From a virus (Duplodnaviria; Caudoviricetes): 42,684 bases of DNA. The stretch lies in IMG/VR virus record IMGVR_UViG_3300049190_000014, positions 1-42,684 of that record. One strand, 5' to 3'. Numbering within the stretch: the stretch's first letter is position 1; each line of letters opens with the position of its first letter. Shown in pieces: positions 8,991-17,145 of the stretch. The notes under the pieces were generated by a model that was not told where the DNA came from, ran no database searches, and saw nothing but the letters and a program-made list of their open reading frames with translations. The position numbers were made by a program, and so were the translations under genes.

Positions 8991-9457
8991 TGAGAATGAC
9001 ACCCGAACAATTCCGCAAGCTTCAGAAGCAGTCGAATAGAAAACTCGACAAGCTGGAAGGATCACGGACCGGAAGTAAGATGAATAACAAAGGTCAGTAT
9101 TACAATGGCCACTTCTATCATTCGACCGGTGAAATGAACAATGATTACTCCGTTCTTCCGCATGAAAAGGGTTTAGGTGCTGACCTAGCAAAAGCAGAGC
9201 AACAAGCCGCCATCCATAAAAAACAACTTGATGAATGTCAAAGTGATTGGGCCTACTGGTCGATCTTGAGTGACCTTTCTTACTGGGAAGCCATTGTCAA
9301 TATTCTAAAGGCCGCTGAATTGGTTGGTCCTGATAATTTACCAGACGTCACTCCTCCTAATCTTAATGGATCCGTAGTGATGGATGCTATCGGAAGAGTA
9401 GAGGATTACGGTAAAGAAATCTACAGACTGGCACGGCTTGCAAAAGTAGCCAACTAA
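8987..9457 (+). CDS. Chimeric ORF: DUF1064-like N-terminal stub fused to a separate gene starting at 9134
   Basis: SKMNNKGQYYNGHFYHSTGE stub followed directly by in-frame ATG MNNDYSVLP. Confidence 0.5.
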   Translation: MMRMTPEQFRKLQKQSNRKLDKLEGSRTGSKMNNKGQYYNGHFYHSTGEMNNDYSVLPHEKGLGADLAKAEQQAAIHKKQLDECQSDWAYWSILSDLSYWEAIVNILKAAELVGPDNLPDVTPPNLNGSVVMDAIGRVEDYGKEIYRLARLAKVAN

Positions 9458-9486
9458 TCAAAACTCCCAATGGAAAGGTAAGTAGC

Positions 9487-9675
9487 ATGAAAAACGAGAA
9501 AGGAAAGCCAATGTTCGCAGCAAGAGACACTAAGAGAATTATAGTGGATGACGAGCATATGACGCACAAAGACTTATTCGGAGATATTTTCCCTATGGCC
9601 TGTGTGTTCATTCTGATAGCGGGATTCCTGGTTTACGTAGGGATCAGGGTTATTCAAATGTTATTCTTTCAGTAG
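9487..9675 (+). CDS. Small single-pass membrane protein
   Basis: C-terminal hydrophobic stretch IFPMACVFILIAGFLVYVGI. Confidence 0.55.
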   Translation: MKNEKGKPMFAARDTKRIIVDDEHMTHKDLFGDIFPMACVFILIAGFLVYVGIRVIQMLFFQ

Positions 9676-9714
9676 GTCTTCATTTATAATATCGGTTAAG
9701 AAATAAAGAAGAAT

Positions 9715-9831
9715 ATGAGAACAGCAAGAATTACACTTTGCGGATCAACAAAATTTAAGAAGGCTTTCGAGGTTATCAATAAACAACTTTCACTTGAAGG
9801 TAAGGGGCAACTATGGGACGCAAGAAAATAA
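9715..9831 (+). pseudogene. Truncated ITLCGSTKF-family (deoxyribosyltransferase-like) gene stub
   Basis: Reads MRTARITLCGSTKFKKAFEVINKQLSLEG, then stops after 38 aa; not in the ORF track. Confidence 0.5.
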
Positions 9832-10106
9832 AAAGATTGCCGCCTCCAGAAGACGGCCATACATGGTGGAAGATCTGTGTGAAGTGTTGGGATATTAAAA
9901 AATTGGACGATTTCCCAATGGTTCGCCATCGTAAGGTATTAGTCACAGGACAGAAACGTGTCTACGAACGATATAGACCAATCTGCGACCAGTGCCGGAA
10001 TGCACAACATGCGAACCACCGGAACAACCAGGCTAAGCTAAAAATGCTTACCAAAAGCATGAATCCTAACCTTCACCGGTATATGGAAAAAAACGTAATA
10101 AACTGA
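9813..10106 (+). CDS. Zn-finger protein (CxxC...CxxC)
   Basis: KICVKCWDIKKLDDF...CDQC. Confidence 0.65.
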   Translation: MGRKKIKRLPPPEDGHTWWKICVKCWDIKKLDDFPMVRHRKVLVTGQKRVYERYRPICDQCRNAQHANHRNNQAKLKMLTKSMNPNLHRYMEKNVIN

Positions 10107-10210
10107 CCATAAATTTAAATTCTCGTGAGCAAAATTTTGTGAATTTCTCGAAGATCATCTGACCGTAGTTGTCTTATAATGGTGTTTACTTTGTTGGAAA
10201 AATGTGAAGT

Positions 10211-10588
10211 ATGAGTGAGTATAGACAGAAGTTGGCCAGCCCTTTCTGGCAGAGAAAGAGGCTCGAGATTATGAGAAGGGACGAGTTTGCGTGTAGGTTC
10301 TGTGGTGACAAGACAGAGGAACAACACATCCACCACACGGTTTATCTCAGCGGTAAAGAACCCTGGGAGTATGACGATCAGTATTTGTTAACGCTATGCC
10401 ACGCGTGCCACCTGGAAGAAGAACGGTTTAAATCAAATGATCCGTTCTTAATCGGGATGCTTACAATGACAGGACTTAGTAGACGGCAACTATACGCCCT
10501 GTCAGTTTCATTAAGAAGACATTTTATAAACGCTAAACACAGAGAAATGAAGTTCCAGGATCTTACTGAATATCTGGAACACACGTGA
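10211..10588 (+). CDS. HNH endonuclease
   Basis: WQRKRLEIMRRD..CRFCG..HIHH...LCHACH. Confidence 0.85.
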   Translation: MSEYRQKLASPFWQRKRLEIMRRDEFACRFCGDKTEEQHIHHTVYLSGKEPWEYDDQYLLTLCHACHLEEERFKSNDPFLIGMLTMTGLSRRQLYALSVSLRRHFINAKHREMKFQDLTEYLEHT

Positions 10589-10618
10589 AGTTGAACAACC
10601 CATAAATTTTTTACCTGA

Positions 10619-11311
10619 ATGGAAGGCTGGATTAAGTTGCACCGAAAGGTGTTGGAGAACCCTATTGCTTGTAAGGATAGCGACCATCTTGCTGTCTGGA
10701 ATTACATACTCTTAAACGCTACCCACCGTGAGTACCCTGTTGTATTCAGTGGTCAAAGAATCTCTTTAAAACCCGGGCAGTTAATCACCGGTCGAAAGGT
10801 TATTGCAGAGAAATTCAAGATCTCCGAAAGTAAGGTGCAACGTATTCTAAAAGCGTTTGAAAGTGAACATCAAATTGAACAAACAACAAGTAATGAAAAC
10901 AGGCTGATTTCTGTGATTTCATGGGAAGAATACCAAGGCCTTGAACAGCAAGTTGAACAACCAGTGAACAACCAACGAACAACGGATGAACAACGAGTGA
11001 ACACTAACAAGAATGTTAAGAATGTAAAGAATGAAAGAAATACGCCTCCGGCTCAATTGCCGTTTTCTTCAGATGCTTTTTTGTTTGCATGGAACGAATG
11101 GGTTACTCACAGAAATCAGCAAAAGAAAAAACTAACTCAAAAATCAATCGAAAAGCAATTCAAGTTTTTGGGGCAGAAAACGGAAACTGAGGCAATAGAG
11201 ATTATTGAACATGCAATAGAAAAAGGCTGGCAGGGATTATATGAGATCCCCGTTTACGCAAAACAAAGGGTTTTATCAAGTCAATACGAACGCGGTAAAC
11301 TAGTTCAATGA
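10619..11311 (+). CDS. Phage replication initiator (replisome organizer, lambda O-like architecture)
   Basis: GWIKLHRK N-terminus, GQLITGRKVIA wHTH, internal iteron linker, WNEWVTHR...AIEKGWQGL C-terminal domain. Confidence 0.85.
   Translation: MEGWIKLHRKVLENPIACKDSDHLAVWNYILLNATHREYPVVFSGQRISLKPGQLITGRKVIAEKFKISESKVQRILKAFESEHQIEQTTSNENRLISVISWEEYQGLEQQVEQPVNNQRTTDEQRVNTNKNVKNVKNERNTPPAQLPFSSDAFLFAWNEWVTHRNQQKKKLTQKSIEKQFKFLGQKTETEAIEIIEHAIEKGWQGLYEIPVYAKQRVLSSQYERGKLVQ
10941..11004 (+). repeat. Replication origin iterons (GAACA-core repeats at 11-12 bp spacing)
   Basis: ttgaacagcaag ttgaacaacca gtgaacaacca acgaacaacgg atgaacaacga gtgaacac, followed by an A-rich stretch inside the initiator. 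Confidence 0.75.
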
Positions 11312-13023
11312 CATACGCAGATCTCGATATTGAAATACCTCAAGGGAGAACCACAGGGCAGGTTTACACCAAGTGCCCGAAATGCTCGAGCGATCGGAAA
11401 AAGAAGCATGTAAAGTGTCTGGGTGTAAATCTCGATCAAGGAATATTCCATTGCAACCACTGCGGATGGAAAGGAACCATCAACGAAAGAAAGTACGAAC
11501 GGCCGAAATGGGAAAACAAAACCGATCTGCCGGAAGCTATCGTTGAATGGTTCCTTAAACGAAACATTGGTCAGGCGGTGCTCCAGGAAATGAAAATTTC
11601 CCACGGTGTAGTCTGGATGCCTCAAACTGAATCATACCGGAAAGTAATGTGCTTTAACTACTTCCGGAACGGACAACTTATCAACATCAAGTACCGTGAT
11701 TCAGAAAAGAACTTCCGGATGCACAAAGACGCGGAATTGATTCTTTACAACCTGGACGGCGTTACAGGACAGGAAACAATCTACATCACGGAAGGCGAGT
11801 GTGATGCACTGGTAATGATCCATGCTGGTTTTAAATCGACTTGTAGCGTACCTAACGGAGCAAGTAAGAACAATAACAATCTCGAGTATTTGGACAACTG
11901 CTGGCAAGCGTTCGAGAATGCGAAAGCAGTTTACATAATGACCGATACGGACGAGCCGGGAAATAAACTTGCTGACGAACTAGCCAGGCGAATAGGTGTA
12001 GAGAGATGCTTGCGGTTTAAGTCCAATTACAAAGACGTTAACGATGCTTTAAATGCTGGTGTAAAGATCAACCAGGAATGGATTGACGCGAATAGCCAGA
12101 TTTATCCATTGGTTGGCGTGTACGATGCGAACGAGTTCTGGGACGAGCTGATGTACATAAAACGACATGGCTTCCCTAAGGGCTTTAAATTACGTGAACC
12201 ACTAGGGAAGTTTATCCAGATTCACCCAGGCTTTCAAACCATCGTAACCGGAATACCGGGACACGGCAAAAGCGAATTCCTTGACCAAATGCTTCTCGAG
12301 CTTGGTATTGACCACGGAATGAAAGGAGCTTATTTCTCTCCAGAGAATTCACCGACCTGGATCCACTTGATGAAGATTGCTGAAAAGCTATTCGGTAAAA
12401 GTTTCTGGGATATGACAGAGGCTGAAATTGATTCCACCCGGCCTTGGATTAATGAGCATTTGTTTTGGATCAATCCTGATGATGGTTACAACCTAAAGAA
12501 TATTCTTTCCCATGTACGGAAGGCTGTTTTAAGACACGGCATTAACTGGTATGTCATTGATCCCTGGAATAAAGTTGAACATCAAAGGCCTAGTGGAATG
12601 AGTGAAACTGAATATGTGAGCATGGCGCTCGATGAACTGGACGTGTTCAATAAAAAGAACGGCTTACATGGATTCCTGGTAGCCCATCCAACAAAGATGG
12701 ATAAAGATGCGAACGGGAATTTTGTTGTGCCTAACCTGTATTCAATCTCAGGATCTGCCCACTTCTTCAATAAGACGGCAATAGGGATGTCGGTTTATAA
12801 GGTTGGACCGGGACAAACTCAGGTCCACATCCAGAAGGTAAAGTTCAAGTATTGGGGAGAGATCGGAATGATCGACTATATCTGGAACGAAAAGAACGGT
12901 CGGTATTACACGACAAATCCAGACCGTTCAAACTGGCTCGAGCCAAAACCAAAATTGAAAGCAATTCAAATGATTGATTATGGAGAACCAAGACGAGGCG
13001 GGGATGATGACGTGCCTTTCTGA
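11308..13023 (+). CDS. Bifunctional primase-helicase (T7 gp4/Twinkle-like)
   Basis: CPKC/CNHC zinc domain, TOPRIM ITEGECD and DTD, Walker A GIPGHGKS, Walker B VIDP, VAHP, SGSA. Confidence 0.92.
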   Translation: MTYADLDIEIPQGRTTGQVYTKCPKCSSDRKKKHVKCLGVNLDQGIFHCNHCGWKGTINERKYERPKWENKTDLPEAIVEWFLKRNIGQAVLQEMKISHGVVWMPQTESYRKVMCFNYFRNGQLINIKYRDSEKNFRMHKDAELILYNLDGVTGQETIYITEGECDALVMIHAGFKSTCSVPNGASKNNNNLEYLDNCWQAFENAKAVYIMTDTDEPGNKLADELARRIGVERCLRFKSNYKDVNDALNAGVKINQEWIDANSQIYPLVGVYDANEFWDELMYIKRHGFPKGFKLREPLGKFIQIHPGFQTIVTGIPGHGKSEFLDQMLLELGIDHGMKGAYFSPENSPTWIHLMKIAEKLFGKSFWDMTEAEIDSTRPWINEHLFWINPDDGYNLKNILSHVRKAVLRHGINWYVIDPWNKVEHQRPSGMSETEYVSMALDELDVFNKKNGLHGFLVAHPTKMDKDANGNFVVPNLYSISGSAHFFNKTAIGMSVYKVGPGQTQVHIQKVKFKYWGEIGMIDYIWNEKNGRYYTTNPDRSNWLEPKPKLKAIQMIDYGEPRRGGDDDVPF

Positions 13024-13225
13024 AAGAACGCATTATTTGGATGTTTTCTTTTTCAAGGGTTCTGATGTGGTGAACCATCAAATGCATCACTACCAGGAAA
13101 AAGAAGCGGCACAGATGTACCAACGAGGCATAAACAAATACAAGGGACAAACGGAAAGTATCTTGATATGCCTTCGAGACAACGAACACCAACTATTGAA
13201 AAGCGAGTTATTAAACTATAAGTAG
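12974..13225 (+). CDS. Hypothetical protein (true start probably later)
   Basis: ORF fills the gap after the helicase. Confidence 0.45.
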   Translation: MIMENQDEAGMMTCLSERTHYLDVFFFKGSDVVNHQMHHYQEKEAAQMYQRGINKYKGQTESILICLRDNEHQLLKSELLNYK

Positions 13226-13268
13226 TCATGACCTGCAAAGACTGTGGAAGTAGTAAAAAATTGAAATT

Positions 13269-13565
13269 ATGAGAATACAAATTCAAGACCGAGAATATTG
13301 GAGAAAGATATGTGAGCAAAAGATTGCAAGTGTTGAGGCAATACGTGCGGCTGAGGATAAGGCTTATGAAATGCGGTGGAGAAAAAGATTCTGGCCCTTT
13401 AAAGATAGACCCGAATCAGCTAAACCCGAACCATATTGGTTTGATTACCCAAGTATTGCAGGATGGGGTACTCTAAACACAGCGAAGGCTTTACTAAAGG
13501 CAATTAACGATGATAAGACAGGGGAGATTTTTCTTGACGCGAAAGAGTATGACTATTTGAAATAA
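13269..13565 (+). CDS. Hypothetical protein
   Basis: 98-aa ORF in the operon. Confidence 0.6.
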   Translation: MRIQIQDREYWRKICEQKIASVEAIRAAEDKAYEMRWRKRFWPFKDRPESAKPEPYWFDYPSIAGWGTLNTAKALLKAINDDKTGEIFLDAKEYDYLK

Positions 13566-13570
13566 AGCCT

Positions 13571-14017
13571 ATGCTACCGAATCACATAAGAACCTGGAAA
13601 AGACCTCCTAAAAAGTCTGAAAGAAGTAGGCTAGTTGAAAAATTAGATGTAGTGTTTTCGGAGTATGTGAGGTTAAGAGATAGTGATGATTTCGGCCAAG
13701 TCAGGTGTATCACATGCAGCCTTCCAGAATTCTGGCGAGAGGTGGACTGTGGGCACTACGAAGACCGCGACCACATGGCAACACGTTGGGACGAAAAGAA
13801 CTGCAACGGGCAGTGCTTGGAGTGTAACCGCTATAACCCTGTTCCTAAAGAACACTTCGCTAAATGCATAGACGAACGCCACGGCCCCGGCACAGCCGAC
13901 AAACTAGAAAAGATGGCTAAGTCTACTCACCAATGGGAAGACCATGAACTGAAAAAGATGTACGAGTATTTTAAGTTTCAAGTGAAAGCATTGAAAGAAC
14001 AAAAAGGATTTGTATGA
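13571..14017 (+). CDS. ninG: NinG/Rap-family recombination endonuclease
   Basis: LDVVFSEYVRLRD...CITC...DCGHY..R...TRWDEKNCNGQC..CN. Confidence 0.85.
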   Translation: MLPNHIRTWKRPPKKSERSRLVEKLDVVFSEYVRLRDSDDFGQVRCITCSLPEFWREVDCGHYEDRDHMATRWDEKNCNGQCLECNRYNPVPKEHFAKCIDERHGPGTADKLEKMAKSTHQWEDHELKKMYEYFKFQVKALKEQKGFV

Positions 14018-14379
14018 ATACCACTACTAAAGGAGTAACACTACAAGAGTGTAAAGATAAAGTAGCGTTCAAACATTTTAGTGTACCGTATGATAAGCTG
14101 CTTGTTCTTTCGAGTCAGTTGACGGTTTTGGAAGAGGCAGCAGAACTTTACGCATCCCTTCTACTATCAGAAAGAGAAGGGAAATGGATTTCGGTTAAGG
14201 AGAGATTGCCGGAGCAACTTGTTCACGTTATGGTGCATTACGGTACGATGAATCCTGTAAGAGGCTATCTCGATAACAATGGCAAGTGGAATCTATACTA
14301 CTTTGGCGGATGTGAATTAGCTGATAATCAAAATGAGATCACCCACTGGCAGCCCCTCCCTTCACCACCTAAAGAGTAA
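14014..14379 (+). CDS. DUF551-like protein
   Basis: WISVKERLP...ITHWQPLPSPP. Confidence 0.8.
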   Translation: MNTTTKGVTLQECKDKVAFKHFSVPYDKLLVLSSQLTVLEEAAELYASLLLSEREGKWISVKERLPEQLVHVMVHYGTMNPVRGYLDNNGKWNLYYFGGCELADNQNEITHWQPLPSPPKE

Positions 14380-14387
14380 ATAGAAAG

Positions 14388-14561
14388 ATGGAAACACCAG
14401 AATTAATACATAAAGTACACGAAGATCTAGAGGGCCGTTATGATCTGACAGGCGAAGACCTTTACTTTATCCATGCAGCATTGTGTGAATATGCTCAGCT
14501 CCAATCCGAAGTATCAGAACTAAAAGCTGAGATCGAGAAATTGAGAAACTACAAAAATTAG
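14388..14561 (+). CDS. Small hypothetical coiled-coil protein (57 aa, not in the ORF track)
   Basis: METPELIHKVHEDLEGRYDL...ELKAEIEKLRNYKN*. Confidence 0.55.
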   Translation: METPELIHKVHEDLEGRYDLTGEDLYFIHAALCEYAQLQSEVSELKAEIEKLRNYKN

Positions 14562-14584
14562 TAACTTGCACTAACGAATTTAGT

Positions 14585-15613
14585 ATGTACACCACGTATA
14601 AATTCAGGGTTAAAGACAAACACAGCCGCGAATTAAATCGCATGGCTGGGGCCGTGAATTTTGTATGGAACTACTGTAATCAAACGTCTTACGAATATAT
14701 TACGAAATTATGCCGGTTTCCGTCAGCTTACGATTTAATGAAAATGTGTTCTGGTACTTCAAAGCACTTAGGACTCCCATCGGCAACTATAGGCGCTGTA
14801 TGTTTTGATTACGTCACCAGACGCAATACGACAAAAAAACGCAAACTAAAATGGCGCTCAACTAAAAAAAGTTTAGGATGGATACCTTTTAAAGGTTGTA
14901 TTGCTAAGATGGTTGGTGTTGATTTCGTGCTTAAGTCAAAAGTATTTTCCTTTTGGAATACCCGTGAATCTATAGGTAAGATTCGTAGTGGGGCATTCAA
15001 TCAAGATTCCAGAGGCCGTTGGTACTTAAATCTTGTTGTTAAAGTGGAGTGCGAGAAAAAGCAAAAGACTGGCAAACAAGTCGGCATCGATCTCGGATTA
15101 AAAACAACCGCCACAATTTCGGACGGTGCTTCATTTGATGGTGGCAGGCCCTTCGCTCGACTTAAAAGCAAACTTGCCACTGCCCAACGCGCCAAGAAGA
15201 AGCAACTTGTTAAAACTATTTACAAAAAAGTTGCAAACTGCCGCAAGGATGCACTTCACAAGATAACAACCAAAATAGTAAACCAATACGATACAATCTT
15301 CGTTGGTGATGTTTCTTCATTGAAGCTCGCCAAAACGCGCATGGCAGGATCAGTATATGATGCCAGTTGGGGGATGTTTCGATCTATGCTTGCATATAAA
15401 GCCATTAGGCTTGGTGTAGATGTTCACGAAACGAAAGAACATTTTTCCACCGTTACTTGCTCGATCTGTTTTCAAAGAACAGGCCCGAGTGGACTAAGTG
15501 CGTTGGGAGTAAGGGAATGGATTTGTAGTTGTGGTGCACAGCATGATCGTGATGTGAACGCAGCTAAGAACATTCTCCGATTCGGGCTTGAATCGCTGAA
15601 AGGAGCCGCGTAA
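14585..15613 (+). CDS. tnpB: RNA-guided endonuclease TnpB (IS200/IS605/IS607 superfamily), rearranged RuvC-II type
   Basis: TYKFR...VWN N-terminus, GRWYL, GIDLGLK (D169), IFVGD (G241 at the canonical E), KEHFSTVTCSIC (E285), EWICSCG..HDRDVNAAKNI (D323). Confidence 0.92.
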   Translation: MYTTYKFRVKDKHSRELNRMAGAVNFVWNYCNQTSYEYITKLCRFPSAYDLMKMCSGTSKHLGLPSATIGAVCFDYVTRRNTTKKRKLKWRSTKKSLGWIPFKGCIAKMVGVDFVLKSKVFSFWNTRESIGKIRSGAFNQDSRGRWYLNLVVKVECEKKQKTGKQVGIDLGLKTTATISDGASFDGGRPFARLKSKLATAQRAKKKQLVKTIYKKVANCRKDALHKITTKIVNQYDTIFVGDVSSLKLAKTRMAGSVYDASWGMFRSMLAYKAIRLGVDVHETKEHFSTVTCSICFQRTGPSGLSALGVREWICSCGAQHDRDVNAAKNILRFGLESLKGAA

Positions 15614-15648
15614 AAGCGGAGAGGCCAACGATAATCTACTTTATCGGA
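15440..15648 (+). ncRNA. Putative omegaRNA (scaffold overlapping the tnpB 3' end; right end ~15628; guide ~15629-15648)
   Basis: CCGC-gtaaaa-GCGG hairpin then AGAGGCCAA resembles TnpB right ends; the 5' boundary is a guess from typical omegaRNA size. Confidence 0.5.
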
Positions 15649-15721
15649 TAAAAAGCCGATAAATCAATTTATCGGGAAATAACCCGATAATTCAACTATC
15701 CGGTTTTTTCGGACAGTTCAA
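15638..15721. repeat. Three tandem palindromic units with a 28-nt period
   Basis: TTTATCGG-N8-CCGATAAA, TTATCGGG-N6-CCCGATAA and AACTaTCCG-N7-CGGAcAGTT, each followed by a TCAA junction. Confidence 0.8.
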
Positions 15722-15751
15722 AAAAGAAACGCCACCTTTAATTGATGGCGT
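15720..15751 (-). terminator. Intrinsic terminator of the late (minus-strand) transcript
   Basis: Minus strand ACGCCATC-aattaaa-GGTGGCGT followed by TTCTTTTTT. Confidence 0.75.
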
Positions 15752-15769
15752 AGACCTGTAACTCCTCGT

Positions 15770-16009
15770 TCAAGTTTTTAATTCAGAGATAGACACTATA
15801 CAGCCTCGGGGGATTTTGTGTACCCCACCATAGAACTGCTTGTTTTCAAAGAAGCTATCCATTAAGATTATTTGCTCATCATCTTCTGAGTATAGGTAAC
15901 CTAATTGTTTAACGGTGTTGTCTTCATGTTCGAATTTGTCTAGTTCGTCCATGTCTCTCCATCCGTCATCGCTTGTGATATCCTTCCAGGTTACTTCTAC
16001 TCGTTTCAT
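15770..16009 (-). CDS. Small conserved phage protein
   Basis: VTWKDI...GW...GYL...IPRGCI pattern. Confidence 0.7.
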   Translation of the reverse strand: MKRVEVTWKDITSDDGWRDMDELDKFEHEDNTVKQLGYLYSEDDEQIILMDSFFENKQFYGGVHKIPRGCIVSISELKT

Positions 16010-16013
16010 AAGC

Positions 16014-17141
16014 TCAAAATATATGCGTTATCCTTGCTATCTGTCCGTGTTGCTTGTGATGCAGAAAACCCTCGACTGCTTTGGGTGAATGCTGATACCC
16101 GTTGCGGTGGTGCCACCCGTCCGTTCCTGATGGGCTTCTTAAACTCTCGACACATACGCTCCCATGGTCTTTACTTGTTTTGTGGTGAATGTGGTGCGTG
16201 TAGAAATACCGGTGTTTACATTCAGCCCATGCCTTTGCAGCCTCTTGCGCCATAAGTAAGGGGAGGTCGTTTGTTTTAGCTCCATCGCCATGGGTTGTTC
16301 CGATCAGATTGCCATAATACTGGAAGTATTTCCTGTGTGAAATAGTAGTGTTAAAAGTGACGTTAGGAACCTTTGAAAACCATGAGGCTATAACATCAGC
16401 AAGAAAAAAACCATGGCTGTAGTCATGGTTTGATGGGTCGTATTGAACATGAACAGGGGCCACCTGAACCAGTGTTTCGATAACCTCGATGTATATTTTC
16501 TTTGCTATCTGGAAGTTGTCGTACCACATACCGTCCGTGTCCTGTGGTGTTCCGCTTGTGGTAGTTCTTTTTGGGGTGTCGATGTGAAGGATATCGTTCC
16601 CTATCACCAACAGAATCTTATCAATATTAAATCCTTGTACCTTGTGAAGAATGCCATGGACACCCTCGCGAACCCTTTGAACCGCTACCTGATTGTTATA
16701 ATCTTCCCCGCTTTCAAATGCCATGGCTAATTTACCAATGTGAATGTCGGCTGGATCTATTACGAGTAAATGCCCGTCCTGAATCTTTGGATAGTAGATG
16801 GTCTGGTACTGTGGCGCGAAGGTCTTTAACTCCTGAATTATTTCGTCCCTAACCTGGAAGTATGTAATCTGGTTTGGCTTTACGAATAGACTGTAGTGTT
16901 TCCCTTTATGCCAGTAGTGCTTAACATCTGCCATGGGAATACCTACTTCATCGGTGCGGCCGGCTAATGCTGCCTGATCTGTTTTAGGCTTAGCATAGTT
17001 AGCATACCAATGCTTCTTACAGTATGCAAACGATAGCTTGTAATGCTCTGCAAATCTTCTCAGCCACGCATTATTGCTTTCGCCTTCTTCCTGTGGAGTT
17101 TCTTTTAACGCTGACGGCCAGTCAATGCGCTCTTGGGTCAT
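16014..17141 (-). CDS. Calcineurin-like metallophosphoesterase with an N-terminal helical/HTH extension
   Basis: DIHIG, GNDILH, SNHD, THGD and HHIHH metal-binding motifs. Confidence 0.85.
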   Translation of the reverse strand: MTQERIDWPSALKETPQEEGESNNAWLRRFAEHYKLSFAYCKKHWYANYAKPKTDQAALAGRTDEVGIPMADVKHYWHKGKHYSLFVKPNQITYFQVRDEIIQELKTFAPQYQTIYYPKIQDGHLLVIDPADIHIGKLAMAFESGEDYNNQVAVQRVREGVHGILHKVQGFNIDKILLVIGNDILHIDTPKRTTTSGTPQDTDGMWYDNFQIAKKIYIEVIETLVQVAPVHVQYDPSNHDYSHGFFLADVIASWFSKVPNVTFNTTISHRKYFQYYGNLIGTTHGDGAKTNDLPLLMAQEAAKAWAECKHRYFYTHHIHHKTSKDHGSVCVESLRSPSGTDGWHHRNGYQHSPKAVEGFLHHKQHGQIARITHIF

Positions 17142-17145
17142 TTAC

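Noticed and set aside
13228-13272. MTCKDCGSSKKLKL mini-ORF as another gene stub
   Set aside because: Only 14 codons; too short to support
14585-15613. Nuclease-dead TnpB (TldR-like repressor), because of IFVGD
   Set aside because: D169 and D323 are intact and an alternative Glu (E285) is present as in rearranged-RuvC nucleases; activity is still untested
15638-15721. Canonical CRISPR array
   Set aside because: Units abut without unique spacers, repeats are not identical, and no cas1/cas2 is present; kept as a palindrome array
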